DNA of 32,000 nt from Dubosiella newyorkensis (GCF_001945605.1 NZ_MPKA01000021.1:1-32000); one strand, 5' to 3'. Shown: positions 15,698 through 25,538, counted from the first letter of the stretch. Numbers and translations: made by a program. The notes: generated from the sequence alone by a model not told the origin.

Positions 15698-16461
15698 CCA
15701 AGAACTCCATCCAAGACCATCATGACCGCAAATCCGATCCCAAAACACAATGTTCCAAAATTCGAATGCTTCCCTTCTTGAGCTTCCGGGATCAGCTCTT
15801 CAACGACCACATACATCATCGCCCCTGCCGCAAAAGAAAGGAAATACGGCAAGATCGGCGTTAAATATTGAGAAAAAGCGATCGTCAGCAACGTTCCGAT
15901 CGGCTCTACGATCCCAGATAGGCTTCCATAGAGAAACGCTTTCCATTTCGACATACCTTGCGTATGCATAGGCATCGATAACACGGCTCCTTCGGGAAAA
16001 TTCTGGATCGCGATCCCGATCGCCAACGAAAGAGCAGCTGCAAACGTGATCGTCGCCTGCCCTTGCAGAAAGGCTGCAAAAACGACTCCGACAGCCATCC
16101 CTTCTGGAATGTTGTGAAGCGTCATGGCGAAGAAAAGCTTTGTCGTTTTCTTCCATGGTGTCTTTATCCCTTCTTCTTGATCCGTGATAGCATGTACATG
16201 GGGGATCACTTCATCTAAAAACAACAAAAACAAAATACCCGCGAGAAAAGCCAAGGCGCATTGAATGTAGCCAGCTTGTTCCAAGGCAGGAAGCAGCAGC
16301 GAAAAGAAGCTAGCCGAGACCATGATGCCGGCCGCAAATCCTAACAAACTTTTTTCAATACGAACAGGGATCTCTTTTTTCAAAAAGAAGACCATCGCGC
16401 TGCCTAAAATCGTTCCTAAAAAAGGAACGAGCGTTCCGATCCATATTTCATTACTCATCAT
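15694..16461 (-). CDS. ZIP family divalent-metal transporter (ZupT-like), 255 aa.
   Basis: The motifs HNIPEGMAVGV and QNFPEGAV and about eight TM helices fit the family. Confidence 0.85.
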   Translation of the reverse strand: MMSNEIWIGTLVPFLGTILGSAMVFFLKKEIPVRIEKSLLGFAAGIMVSASFFSLLLPALEQAGYIQCALAFLAGILFLLFLDEVIPHVHAITDQEEGIKTPWKKTTKLFFAMTLHNIPEGMAVGVVFAAFLQGQATITFAAALSLAIGIAIQNFPEGAVLSMPMHTQGMSKWKAFLYGSLSGIVEPIGTLLTIAFSQYLTPILPYFLSFAAGAMMYVVVEELIPEAQEGKHSNFGTLCFGIGFAVMMVLDGVLG

Positions 16462-16988
16462 CTTACCACCACCTTGATCGGTTGTTCGATCGTATTCCCG
16501 TATCGATCTTTGATCTTAACGACTGTATCCTTTTCTCCGCTTGTGCTCGTTAAATCGTTAGCGGATTCATACGAGACACCCGATAGATCGCTCGCCTGAA
16601 AAACCGAGTCCCAGTCGATCTTTTCTAGATACCCAACTTCGATGGAGCTAGGCGTATTCGTCAGAGTCGGTGGCTGTGTATCTTTGATCTTGATCACAAA
16701 AGGAGTCGCGTCCCCATCATAATCGAGCTTAAAATCATACTCGCCAACTTCTAATATATCCTTCCCGACGCTGATAAATCGATTATCCTTGATGGCGATT
16801 CCATTTGTGACAGGAACGACTTTCAAGCGTTTTTGATCCACGAGCCGATCTTCTTTCATATATAAATTTGGATTGGCGTATACATCTTGTCCAAGCTCGA
16901 TCGTGAATGTCTGCTTTTTTAGATCGAGTGTCTGCGCGCATCCAGATAGCATAATACAAATTCCCGCGTTAAGAATCCACTTCTTCAT
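16458..16988 (-). CDS. Putative lipoprotein of unknown function (176 aa).
   Basis: The signal/lipobox is MKKWILNAGICIMLSGC, followed by a beta-rich mature region. It overlaps the whiA 3' end by 20 nt and the ZIP start by 4 nt. Confidence 0.6.
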   Translation of the reverse strand: MKKWILNAGICIMLSGCAQTLDLKKQTFTIELGQDVYANPNLYMKEDRLVDQKRLKVVPVTNGIAIKDNRFISVGKDILEVGEYDFKLDYDGDATPFVIKIKDTQPPTLTNTPSSIEVGYLEKIDWDSVFQASDLSGVSYESANDLTSTSGEKDTVVKIKDRYGNTIEQPIKVVVR

Positions 16989-17925
16989 CTTCGCTCCTCC
17001 AAGCTTTTGCCATCGTCTTGATCTTGCTAAGGCGATGCTTCATCCCTGATTTTGAAATAATCTCTCCATATTCTCGATAGGCTTCGTCGCAGAGTTCGTT
17101 GATACTTGCTTCCGGATGCTTTTTACGGATCTCCATCACCTGCAAAATCTTTTCCGGGATCTGAAGCTGACGGGCATGGTCTTCTAAGATTTGAATGCAA
17201 GCCAGTTGTTCTTTGGCGGCCTTGAACGTTTTCATCTCGTTGGCAACTTCGCAGTTATCCAAACGGGTGAGCTGGTTGTAAAAATCCCGTTGGATCCGGT
17301 TGTCTTCAAATAAAAACAAGCCGCTCGTCGCGTTGCACAGCCTTAAAAAATCAGCGATCTTATCCCCTTGCTTGATATAAATAACATAGACATTTTTTCT
17401 TTCGATCACCTTGGCTGGCAAATAAAAACGCTCCAGGATCTTTTGGATCCCATACGCTTGTTTTTCGTGGCTCGCGCTCATTTCTAGATGGTAGTTCGTC
17501 GTTTTCGGCGAATTGATCGATCCGCTCCCTAGAAAACAACCTTGCAGATAGGCTCGGGCGTTTTTTTCCGAACGGATCCATTTATAGATAGGACTTGAAT
17601 GCAAGCCGCTTGCCGTCAAGATCCCTAGATCGTTCAAGATCTCCGTACAGCTTTCATAGATCTGAAGCCGATACATATTGTTTTTTTTAAGCTGCATCTT
17701 TTTCAGGACAGAAAGTCGTCCCTCGATCTTATATAGACGTTTGATCAAGGTGTAAATATGTTTGATGATGCCCGCGTTTTCCATTTGTACAGAAATATAA
17801 GATCCTTGCCAATTCATGTGCAAGCTGCCTTTTGATTGAAGCAGCGCACACAACTGCGCTTTTGCTTCGTTGTCATCCAATTTGACTTGACAGATCTCCG
17901 CTTTGATATCGCTTGTAAACGACAT
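16969..17925 (-). CDS. whiA: DNA-binding protein WhiA (318 aa).
   Basis: The N-terminus MSFTSDIKAEI is typical, followed by LAGLIDADG-like repeats and a C-terminal HTH (GMKHRLSKI). The gene has the conserved position after yvcK. Confidence 0.9.
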   Translation of the reverse strand: MSFTSDIKAEICQVKLDDNEAKAQLCALLQSKGSLHMNWQGSYISVQMENAGIIKHIYTLIKRLYKIEGRLSVLKKMQLKKNNMYRLQIYESCTEILNDLGILTASGLHSSPIYKWIRSEKNARAYLQGCFLGSGSINSPKTTNYHLEMSASHEKQAYGIQKILERFYLPAKVIERKNVYVIYIKQGDKIADFLRLCNATSGLFLFEDNRIQRDFYNQLTRLDNCEVANEMKTFKAAKEQLACIQILEDHARQLQIPEKILQVMEIRKKHPEASINELCDEAYREYGEIISKSGMKHRLSKIKTMAKAWRSEDEEVDS

Positions 17926-17927
17926 AA

Positions 17928-18875
17928 CTACATCGCTTCCAAGATCTCTTCCAGAACGGCTTTTACCGCATCCGGGTTGTGCCGGATCCTGCCTTTTTCA
18001 TCAAGCATGATCAAGTTGCGAGTAATGATCTTATATGGATGTTCGCTTTCCTGCATTTGTACTGGATACGAGCCTTCTTCTTCATAATTCTTTTTGACAA
18101 AATCAGGCAGCACGCTTTCGTTCAAAACCGCCACATCGACTGGATTTTTAAAGGAATGTTTTTCGAGAGCCCGAATGTGGTCTTCTAAAGAATAGCCATC
18201 GGTTTCGCCAGGCTGACTCATCGCGTTGCAGAAATAGATCTTTGGACAAGGGTTTTCATAGATCGCTTGCGAGATCTCCTGGATGATCAAATTCGGGATC
18301 ACAGATGTATATAGCGAGCCGATCCCATAAATAATCAAGTCCGCCTGCTCTATGGCCTCGATCGCTTTTGGGAAAGGCGTGATCGATTGCTGATAAAAGA
18401 TCTTTTCAATGTGGTTATCCATATTGGGGATATTCTTTTCACCTCGAACGAGCGTGCCATCTTGCATCAATGCATACAAAGTCACGACATCCAACGTGCT
18501 TGGCAAGATCTCGCCTTTGACATTCAAAACTTTCGAGATCGACTGGATCGCTCCCATAAAGGAGCCTGTTGTATCCATCAAAGCGAGGAAGATCAAGTTT
18601 CCTAGGGAATGCCCACCAATATCTTTGTCTCCTTCGAAGCGATAATTCATCAAATCGTTGAATAAAGTTTCATTTTCTTCTTGGGACATAGCGGAAAGAA
18701 CATGGCGAATATCTCCCATGGCAGGAACATGATATACGTCCCGGATCCTTCCTGTGCTTCCTCCATCATCTGCGACAGTCACGATCGCAGTCAAGTTGAC
18801 GTTTTTGAGCTTTTTCATTCCCATCATCATACTTGAAAGACCTGTACCGCCTCCGATCACGACGATGTTCTTCAT
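17928..18875 (-). CDS. yvcK: YvcK-type gluconeogenesis/cell-shape factor (CofD-like, UPF0052), 315 aa.
   Basis: Diagnostic motifs are IVVIGGGTGLS and VTVADDGGSTGRIR, with synteny to rapZ and whiA. Confidence 0.9.
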   Translation of the reverse strand: MKNIVVIGGGTGLSSMMMGMKKLKNVNLTAIVTVADDGGSTGRIRDVYHVPAMGDIRHVLSAMSQEENETLFNDLMNYRFEGDKDIGGHSLGNLIFLALMDTTGSFMGAIQSISKVLNVKGEILPSTLDVVTLYALMQDGTLVRGEKNIPNMDNHIEKIFYQQSITPFPKAIEAIEQADLIIYGIGSLYTSVIPNLIIQEISQAIYENPCPKIYFCNAMSQPGETDGYSLEDHIRALEKHSFKNPVDVAVLNESVLPDFVKKNYEEEGSYPVQMQESEHPYKIITRNLIMLDEKGRIRHNPDAVKAVLEEILEAM

Positions 18876-19756
18876 TCAAACTCCTCCTTTATTCCTTTCT
18901 CTTCGCCATCTTCGATATCGCGGTGGCTCTTGAAGCAGCGATACATATTTTTATAGGTGTCGAACAAATAATTGCAGATGCTCACAGAGCGGTGCTGTCC
19001 CCCTGTACATCCGATCGCCACGATCATATGCGATTTGTTTTGTTTATCGTAAGAAGAGAATGTGAAATCTAAATACGCCTTGAGCTTTTCGACAAATTCC
19101 TTCGTTTCATCAGCAGACATGACATAATTGTAGACTTCTTCTTGATTGCCTGTTTTATCACGCAAGCTTGGTTCATAAAACGGATTCGGCAAGAACCGGA
19201 CGTCGATCACACTATCGGCATCCATCGGGACGCCGTGCTTGAAACCAAAAGACTGGAAAGTAATCGTGAACTCTGTCTTTTCATCGGTCCTGAACCGGTG
19301 GCGGATGCGATTCGCTAACGCTTGTGGTGTAAGCTTGGTCGTATCAAGGTGAATCGTATTCTGCGCGTTTTCTTGCAGATGATCGAAATAATCCCGTTCC
19401 ATTTCAATGGCTTCTTCCAACGTTGTCGCAAGATTGGTGGCGATCATTGGATGTTGTCGGCGCGTAAACCGATAACGAAGAAGCAATTCATCGTCGTTGC
19501 AGTCTAAAAAGACGATCTGAAGCTTATTGTTGTTGTTGTCGAAATATTTAACGAAAGAAACGTAATCCAAAGCGGATACCGATAAAGCGACCGATTTATA
19601 CTTGGACCCTTTTTCTTCGAGCAATTGTTCCAGGTTTGGTAAAAGTTCTTTTGGAAAGTTATCTATACAATAGTATCCGAGATCTTCAAGAGCGTTCATC
19701 GCGCTGCTTTTTCCAGCTCCTGACATTCCCGTGACTAATACGATGTTTTCGTTCAT
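18872..19756 (-). CDS. rapZ: RNase adapter protein RapZ (YvcJ), P-loop NTPase, 294 aa.
   Basis: Diagnostic motifs are VLVTGMSGAGKSSAMNALEDLGYYCIDNFP and the C-terminal IGCTGGQHRSV. Confidence 0.9.
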   Translation of the reverse strand: MNENIVLVTGMSGAGKSSAMNALEDLGYYCIDNFPKELLPNLEQLLEEKGSKYKSVALSVSALDYVSFVKYFDNNNNKLQIVFLDCNDDELLLRYRFTRRQHPMIATNLATTLEEAIEMERDYFDHLQENAQNTIHLDTTKLTPQALANRIRHRFRTDEKTEFTITFQSFGFKHGVPMDADSVIDVRFLPNPFYEPSLRDKTGNQEEVYNYVMSADETKEFVEKLKAYLDFTFSSYDKQNKSHMIVAIGCTGGQHRSVSICNYLFDTYKNMYRCFKSHRDIEDGEEKGIKEEFE

Positions 19757-19773
19757 AAATCCTCCTTTCTTCC

Positions 19774-19782
19774 ATTATAGCA
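19774..19782 (-). promoter_or_regulatory. Extended -10 element TGcTATAAT upstream of rapZ.
   Basis: The minus strand reads gaTGcTATAATggaagaaAGGAGGatttATG. The leader would be very short. Confidence 0.4.
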
Positions 19783-19807
19783 TCTCTCTAAAACAATACC
19801 TTGCTTC

Positions 19808-19836
19808 TAAAAAGAAGAAAGCGGCGCTCTCTTCTT
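19808..19836 (-). terminator. Putative intrinsic terminator after the GNAT gene.
   Basis: On the minus strand AAGAAGAGAGC gcc GCTTTCTTCTT forms 11 bp with one G-U pair, followed by TTT. It overlaps the stop codon. Confidence 0.5.
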
Positions 19837-20332
19837 ATTCCCTTTCGATTTTATAGACCATTTGATGCGATGTCCATAACGAATCCATCAACGGGATCGG
19901 TTCTTCTTCTCTTCCGATCTCGAATCCAACTTTTTTATAACACGCGATCGCACGAGGATTGTTGTCGAACACCCCAAGATCGACTTGCTGGGCGCCAAGA
20001 AATTCGATCGCGTACAACACAGCCATTTCAAGCATCTTGCCTCCAAGATGAGGAATATTTGGGTCCTTGATGACAAAGCCGATCCGAACATGCGTATATG
20101 CGGGATTTGTATAACGAAAGATCAGATGACCGATCACTGTATGCTCTTGGACAAAAGTAAAAGGAAAAAACCAATTGTCCTCTTGGTGCAAGCGATACAA
20201 ATCGATCATATCTTGAGGCGAGATCGGATAAAAGCCGTATACGCTCGCGCTCCATTGAAAAAAAGTTTTCTCATCTTTGATCCAGGATACGATCGTTCTG
20301 GCATCTTGATTGATAAATGGACGCATCTGCAT
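19835..20332 (-). CDS. GNAT family N-acetyltransferase (165 aa).
   Basis: The size and the motif HLGGKMLEMAVLYAIEFLGAQQVDLGVFDNNPRAIACYKKVGF (acetyl-CoA binding beta-alpha region) fit the family. Confidence 0.75.
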   Translation of the reverse strand: MQMRPFINQDARTIVSWIKDEKTFFQWSASVYGFYPISPQDMIDLYRLHQEDNWFFPFTFVQEHTVIGHLIFRYTNPAYTHVRIGFVIKDPNIPHLGGKMLEMAVLYAIEFLGAQQVDLGVFDNNPRAIACYKKVGFEIGREEEPIPLMDSLWTSHQMVYKIERE

Positions 20333-20336
20333 AAAA

Positions 20337-21005
20337 TTATCTTTCCTGATCGCTTTCGAAGCGCTGGATCGAATCGATCCGCCCGATCACGACGATCCCA
20401 TCGCCGAACTCAAACCGATAATTCGGTGAAATATCGGTGATCGTGCTTTCTCCTCGTTCGATCGCGATGATATTCAAACCATATTTCGCACGCAGATCAA
20501 CTTCCTGCACGCTTTTGCCTACGTATTTATCGGGGATCATCATTTCATAGATCTCTGTTTCATCGTTGAGTGAAAAGAAATCGACCAAATGATTCGAGAG
20601 TAGTTTTTTTCCTAGCCGGACTCCCATATCGTGTTCGGGATATACAACTTCAGCGCCAAGCCGTTCCAAAATCTGTCCTTGGTCTTGCGTTGTCGCTTTG
20701 GCGATGACGCGTGGCAAACCAAGATTGATCAAATGAAGCGTCGCAAGAATGCTGACTTCGATCGCGTTTCCGATACACACGATCCCGACTTCGCAGTTTC
20801 TGACCCCGATTTCATCAAGCGCTTCTTTGCTCATTTGGGGAACGACAAAAGCGTACGGAGTTAAATCGCGAAGTTCTTTGACGCGGTCCGCATCTTTATC
20901 ACATATAATGATCTGTCTTCCAGATAGAGCGAGCGTTCTCGCTAAGGCGCTTCCAAAACGGCCGACGCCAATGATCGCATAGCTTGCGGGTTCTTTCTTT
21001 TTCAT
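20337..21005 (-). CDS. ktrA: Ktr/Trk potassium uptake system, RCK/NAD-binding peripheral subunit (222 aa).
   Basis: IIGVGRFGSALARTL is a GxGxxG Rossmann motif and a C-terminal RCK_C domain follows. The gene is adjacent to a TrkH-family gene. Confidence 0.85.
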   Translation of the reverse strand: MKKKEPASYAIIGVGRFGSALARTLALSGRQIIICDKDADRVKELRDLTPYAFVVPQMSKEALDEIGVRNCEVGIVCIGNAIEVSILATLHLINLGLPRVIAKATTQDQGQILERLGAEVVYPEHDMGVRLGKKLLSNHLVDFFSLNDETEIYEMMIPDKYVGKSVQEVDLRAKYGLNIIAIERGESTITDISPNYRFEFGDGIVVIGRIDSIQRFESDQER

Positions 21006-21019
21006 GTTTTTTCCTTCCT

Positions 21020-22333
21020 TTATCCAATCATAATGTCTTCTTCCGTATAGGAAGCTTCATTCATTCCTTTGACGATATATAGTGTTGCGATCGTCGTTGG
21101 TCCCAATCGGCCGATGAACATGCAAATCATCAAGACGATCTTGCTTGGAGTACTAAGTCCTGGCGTGATACCCACAGTGCTTCCAACAGTAGCGAAGGCG
21201 GAAGTCACTTCCACTAGCACGCTGGATAGATCAAGATCTGGTTCAAAGAACAAGATCAAAAATGTGCCGACAAAGACAACTGCCAATCCATAAAACAAAA
21301 CGGTCAAAGCTTTTCGAAAGACTAGGCTCGGGAACTTACGATGAAAGATCTCATCTCGATTGTTTTCAACCGTGCTGCTGATCGCTTGGAAGGCGACCGC
21401 AAAAAAGGTCGTTGTCTTGATCCCGCCACCTGTCGATCCAGGAGAAGCGCCAATAAACATGAGAACACAGAAGACCAATAAAGCAGGCTGCGTGAATTTT
21501 GCCAACGAAAACGTGCTGAATCCAGCTGTTCTTGCGATCACGCTTTGAAACCACGCCTCAAGCCACGTTTCATCGGTCGTCCATTTGAGCAAGATCGTAC
21601 CACTGATCAATAAAAAGATCGTCATGAATGTAACGACTTTCGTATTGAGTCTTAAATAGCGCCATTGGAACCGATTTTGATACAAATCCATCAGAGCGTA
21701 AAATCCAAATCCGCCGATGATGACTAAGATCGTCGTCACCAAGTTCATCGGAACGTTGTTCGCGTACGCGCTCAATGAATCATAAGCGCCTAAAATATCG
21801 AAGCCTGCATTATTAAAGGCGGAAATCGAATGAAATAAACCGATCCCCAAAGCAGCTGGAGGGGAATAATTAGGCAGGAAGATCAGAAACGAGAGAACGG
21901 CGCCGATCAGCTCTGTAAAAAATGTGATCTTCAAAAAGACGATCATGATCTGCACCACGCCACCATAGCTCGAAAAATTCATCGCTTCCACAACGAGCTG
22001 TCTAGTTTTGAGGCCGACTTTTCGTCCAATCAATAAGGTAAATAGGACGCCTACACTTGCGACGCCTAAACCTCCGATTTGAATCAAGATCGCCAAGATC
22101 GTATATCCGATCGGCGTAAATGTATCTCCAATCGGGATCGTGGTCAATCCTGTCACGCACACGGCGCTTGTCGAAACGAACAGAGCATCAATAAAGTCGA
22201 CAGGCTCGTTTGCTTTATGACAGATCGGAAGCATGAATAATAACGCTCCCATCAAGATCACTAGGGCGAAACCTAACGATAAGATTCTAGCCGGCGACTG
22301 TTTATTGATCCAGTATTCAAGATTTTTTATCAT
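21020..22333 (-). CDS. ktrB: Ktr/TrkH family potassium transporter membrane subunit (437 aa).
   Basis: Repeated M1-P-M2 units carry selectivity-filter-like motifs: TGLTT, NNAGFD, TAGFST, GSTGGGIKTTT and TVGST. The start at 22333 follows AAGGTGG. Confidence 0.85.
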   Translation of the reverse strand: MIKNLEYWINKQSPARILSLGFALVILMGALLFMLPICHKANEPVDFIDALFVSTSAVCVTGLTTIPIGDTFTPIGYTILAILIQIGGLGVASVGVLFTLLIGRKVGLKTRQLVVEAMNFSSYGGVVQIMIVFLKITFFTELIGAVLSFLIFLPNYSPPAALGIGLFHSISAFNNAGFDILGAYDSLSAYANNVPMNLVTTILVIIGGFGFYALMDLYQNRFQWRYLRLNTKVVTFMTIFLLISGTILLKWTTDETWLEAWFQSVIARTAGFSTFSLAKFTQPALLVFCVLMFIGASPGSTGGGIKTTTFFAVAFQAISSTVENNRDEIFHRKFPSLVFRKALTVLFYGLAVVFVGTFLILFFEPDLDLSSVLVEVTSAFATVGSTVGITPGLSTPSKIVLMICMFIGRLGPTTIATLYIVKGMNEASYTEEDIMIG

Positions 22334-22424
22334 GTAATAAACCACCTTATTCTCTACAAAGTATAAACTTTCACTGAATAAGTTTCAATTTTAGTGTATG
22401 ATGATTTTGAAAGGGAGAATCAAA

Positions 22425-22931
22425 ATGAATGCAGTCATTTTTCTAGATATCGATGGTGTCCTTGCCCCGAAAGAAAGGATCCAGACCTATACGATGATCG
22501 AGCAGCTGAATAAAAAGCTCGCCTATAAGAAAGAGGATGCGCGTATCGAAGCGCTTCCGAACAATCTTGTTAACCAGATCTATCATCACTTTGATGCAGA
22601 AAGCTGTCGTATGATCTTAAAGCTGTGCGAATCGTTCGATGCGAAAATCGTCCTGACTTCGACTTGGCGGCTCTTTTTTTCCTTGGAGCAGCTCAAGGCG
22701 ATTTTGAATATTTTCGATCTTGGCGATATGGTGATCGGATGCACAGATCCAGATGTCCCTCGGTATCGAATGATCCAAAATTATATCGAAGCACATCAGA
22801 TCAATAATTATATCGTGATCGATGATCTGAATATGTCTAGACAATTTCCTTCCCATTTTATCGCAGCTCAAAAGCGTTTTGATCATGGGCAATATGAAAA
22901 AGCGGTCTGTTTGCTCCAATATCAAATATGA
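22425..22931 (+). CDS. HAD-domain-containing protein (small stand-alone HAD, 168 aa).
   Basis: The motifs are MNAVIFLDIDGVLAP (DxDG motif I), IVLTSTWR and VIDD. The start at 22425 follows GGGAGA. Confidence 0.6.
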   Translation: MNAVIFLDIDGVLAPKERIQTYTMIEQLNKKLAYKKEDARIEALPNNLVNQIYHHFDAESCRMILKLCESFDAKIVLTSTWRLFFSLEQLKAILNIFDLGDMVIGCTDPDVPRYRMIQNYIEAHQINNYIVIDDLNMSRQFPSHFIAAQKRFDHGQYEKAVCLLQYQI

Positions 22932-23332
22932 AAAAGAAAGCGTTGCCTTTCATCCTCGTCTCATTGTTGATCATGGGGATGATCTTTTTCTTTTCGAGTC
23001 AAACTGGAGATCGTTCTTCTTCGCTTTCTAGTCATTTCGCAATGATCTTCTATCCGCTTTTCGGCGAAGAAGGTGCTCAGTTTTTTGTGCGGAAAGCGGC
23101 TCATTTTACGATCTATTTTGTGTTGGGAATGAATGTGTATCTTTCTTTTCGCTTTTCGGGCCATTCAAAAAAGAAGGCTTTTTTTTGTTCGATCCTCGTT
23201 TGTTTCTTCTATGCTAGCTTTGATGAGTGGCATCAAACATGGGTGGAGGCAAGATCGGGTCAATTCAAGGATGTCCTTCTGGACAGTAGCGGAAGTATCT
23301 TGGCAGCCTTGCTCCTTTCTAAGTATAAGTGA
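22928..23332 (+). CDS. VanZ family membrane protein (134 aa).
   Basis: The motifs are FSSQTGDRSS, RKAAHFTIYFVLG, DEWHQ and DVLLDSSG. It makes an ATGA overlap with the upstream gene. Confidence 0.8.
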   Translation: MKKKALPFILVSLLIMGMIFFFSSQTGDRSSSLSSHFAMIFYPLFGEEGAQFFVRKAAHFTIYFVLGMNVYLSFRFSGHSKKKAFFCSILVCFFYASFDEWHQTWVEARSGQFKDVLLDSSGSILAALLLSKYK

Positions 23333-23383
23333 GCAAGGTTTCTTTTTTTAGGCATTCTATGCTACTATGGAAACGGTGATAAC

Positions 23384-25054
23384 ATGAACGAACGAATCAA
23401 GAGGATCGTTCGTCTACTGATCATTGCTGATTGTCTGATCTTGCTCTTTATCGCGGGTATCCGTTATGGGATCCCTTCGATCAATTCTTTGATTCATCCT
23501 ATACGCTATATCAAATGCGACGAGCCGACTTTACAGGTCCCTATCTTATATATGGATGGGAAAGAAGCCGCGAAAAGAACCGTGGATCTTACCCGGGGCA
23601 CTCAAGTTCGGCTTCGAGATGAGGGAGAAGAAGAATCGAGCATAGAGTATCAAGGAGAAATCTTTCAGGTGCCTAATCAAAATCTAGCGACCTCGCTCCA
23701 GCAGTGTGTCGATACAAAAACCGTATACCCTAGGCGTTTGATTTCTCTTTATGAAAGCAAAAACGGAAAATTAAGCAATGTTGTGGCAAAAAAAGGGGAA
23801 GCTCTTCAAGTCCGTCATGTGGACGAAAACGATCTCGATTTGAAGACGGGGATAGTGAAATGGTATGAGATCACCAAAGACGATAAAACATATTGGGTTC
23901 CTGGCAAATATGTCGAGCCAAGCAAAGAAAGCGCTCTAGCCAATTATGGCAGCTCGATCCAATACTTGCCGTATTGGGACGCTTATTATGGAGAAGGATA
24001 CTCCAAAGACGCCTATATCGATCAAGTCGATTACAAATCGAACAAAAAAGAAGCCTACGAAGATAATGTAATGCCAGAGCATGTCAAGGCGTATCATGTC
24101 TCTTTAGAGAATTTGATCAAAAACAAAAACGAATTGCTGCAGCTTTCCAAAAAAAGCGGCATCAACGCTTTTGTGGTCGAGATCAAAGATGACAACGGGA
24201 TCTTATATTATGATTCCAAAGCAGCGAAGGACTATTTAAAGGATCCGCAAGACGCGATCATTCCGATCGTCTCGAATGAGGAGCTCAAAAAGATCTTCAA
24301 AGAGTATGAAAAATCCGGGTACTACATGATCGCAAGGATCGTCACTTTTAAAGATCCGATCTTCGCCACGCAGAATCCAAAAGAATCGTATACGGATGAG
24401 AGTGGAAATTTGATCAATCATGAAGGTTTTTATTGGCCATCGCCCTATTCAAGAAAAGCGTGGATGTACAATGTCTCGATCGCCAAAGAGATCGCGCCCT
24501 ATGTCAACGAGATCCAATTCGATTATGTCCGCTTTCCAGATGGAACATTGCAAAGAACGCTCGATCATACAGGCGATTTCCACAACCAATACAATGAAAG
24601 CAAGGTCGCGGCTCTTCAAGGCTTTTTAGCGTATGCCAAAGACCAATTGGAAGAGACCCATACCTATACGAGTGCCGATGTATTCGCATGGCCGATCATC
24701 AGTAAGGACGATCAAGATATTGGGCAATTCTTGCCCGCGATCGCCAACGTAGTGGATGTGGTATCGCCAATGCCTTATCTAGATCATTTCTCGCTAGGAG
24801 CGATGGATATTCCTGTTCCGATGGAAGCTCCACGCGAAACACTTTCTAAATTCACCGCTTTGAGCCACTCACAGTTGTCTTCTTTAAAAGATGCCGCAAA
24901 ATATAGAACGTGGATCCAAGGCTATCAGCTCGATCCCTATAGCGTACAGCAAGAAATAGAGGGCATCCAAGACCAAGGCTATGATGATTATATGGTTTGG
25001 TCTGGTGCGGGAAATATGGAAGATATCAACGCGATCGTGGACGGTTTAAAATAA
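23384..25054 (+). CDS. Membrane-anchored putative glycoside hydrolase (DUF4015-like TIM barrel), 556 aa.
   Basis: An N-terminal TM helix is followed by SH3-like segments. The motifs INAFVVEIKDDNG, ARIVTFKDP and IQFDYVRFPDG are typical of the DUF4015 putative glycosyl hydrolase family. Confidence 0.6.
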   Translation: MNERIKRIVRLLIIADCLILLFIAGIRYGIPSINSLIHPIRYIKCDEPTLQVPILYMDGKEAAKRTVDLTRGTQVRLRDEGEEESSIEYQGEIFQVPNQNLATSLQQCVDTKTVYPRRLISLYESKNGKLSNVVAKKGEALQVRHVDENDLDLKTGIVKWYEITKDDKTYWVPGKYVEPSKESALANYGSSIQYLPYWDAYYGEGYSKDAYIDQVDYKSNKKEAYEDNVMPEHVKAYHVSLENLIKNKNELLQLSKKSGINAFVVEIKDDNGILYYDSKAAKDYLKDPQDAIIPIVSNEELKKIFKEYEKSGYYMIARIVTFKDPIFATQNPKESYTDESGNLINHEGFYWPSPYSRKAWMYNVSIAKEIAPYVNEIQFDYVRFPDGTLQRTLDHTGDFHNQYNESKVAALQGFLAYAKDQLEETHTYTSADVFAWPIISKDDQDIGQFLPAIANVVDVVSPMPYLDHFSLGAMDIPVPMEAPRETLSKFTALSHSQLSSLKDAAKYRTWIQGYQLDPYSVQQEIEGIQDQGYDDYMVWSGAGNMEDINAIVDGLK

Positions 25055-25061
25055 GATCATA

Positions 25062-25092
25062 ATAAAAGCTAGGATGTGGTCCTAGCTTTTAT
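25062..25092. terminator. Bidirectional intrinsic terminator between the hydrolase gene and the thioesterase gene.
   Basis: ATAAAAGCTAGGA tgtgg TCCTAGCTTTTAT forms a 13-bp stem. It overlaps the thioesterase stop codon. Confidence 0.8.
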
Positions 25093-25463
25093 TGATTGAA
25101 ATGATATGTCTTGTTGACGAATTTTTCTGCGTTCACGATCACGCGGACATGCTCTCCTTCACCGATCAAATCGTCGCCTTGGAAAGCCTGAACGTAAAAA
25201 TGGATCTTTTTACCATCGACCTTTGTGATCGTCGAGCGGATCTTGATCACAGCGCCTAGCGGCGAGGCTTTTAAATGTTTAACATTGATCTTGACGCCCA
25301 CACTTGTGACATCCTTGTCTAGATTCAAGCAAAGGCAGCTCGCCTCTTCCATCCAAGCGATCATTTGCGGAGTCGCTAATACTTCCAAGGAACCAGAGTG
25401 CATCGTGCTCGCCATGCCGGATTCTTTGACTGTTCGTTCAATATCGACTTTTGTATTCATCAT
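25089..25463 (-). CDS. Hotdog-fold thioesterase family protein (124 aa).
   Basis: The motifs are GSLEVLATPQMIAWMEEAS and SVGVKINVKHLKASPLG, followed by a long central helix/sheet pattern. The start at 25463 follows GAGGA with a 7-nt spacer. Confidence 0.7.
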   Translation of the reverse strand: MMNTKVDIERTVKESGMASTMHSGSLEVLATPQMIAWMEEASCLCLNLDKDVTSVGVKINVKHLKASPLGAVIKIRSTITKVDGKKIHFYVQAFQGDDLIGEGEHVRVIVNAEKFVNKTYHFNQ

Positions 25464-25486
25464 AATGGCATCCTCTTTTCGCATTC

Positions 25487-25515
25487 ATAGTAGCGAATCT
25501 AACAGTTCATTTCAA
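25487..25515 (-). promoter_or_regulatory. Putative promoter of the thioesterase gene: -35 TTGAAA, 17-nt spacer, -10 TACTAT.
   Basis: On the minus strand the region reads TTGAAA tgaactgttagattcgc TACTAT. Confidence 0.55.
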
Positions 25516-25538
25516 GTTAGACGAATGGGCGGGATTTT

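Noticed and set aside
22334-22424. A c-di-AMP (ydaO-type) riboswitch upstream of ktrAB
   Set aside because: The divergent intergenic region is only about 90 nt. That is too short for this riboswitch, and I saw no conserved pseudo-symmetric motifs.
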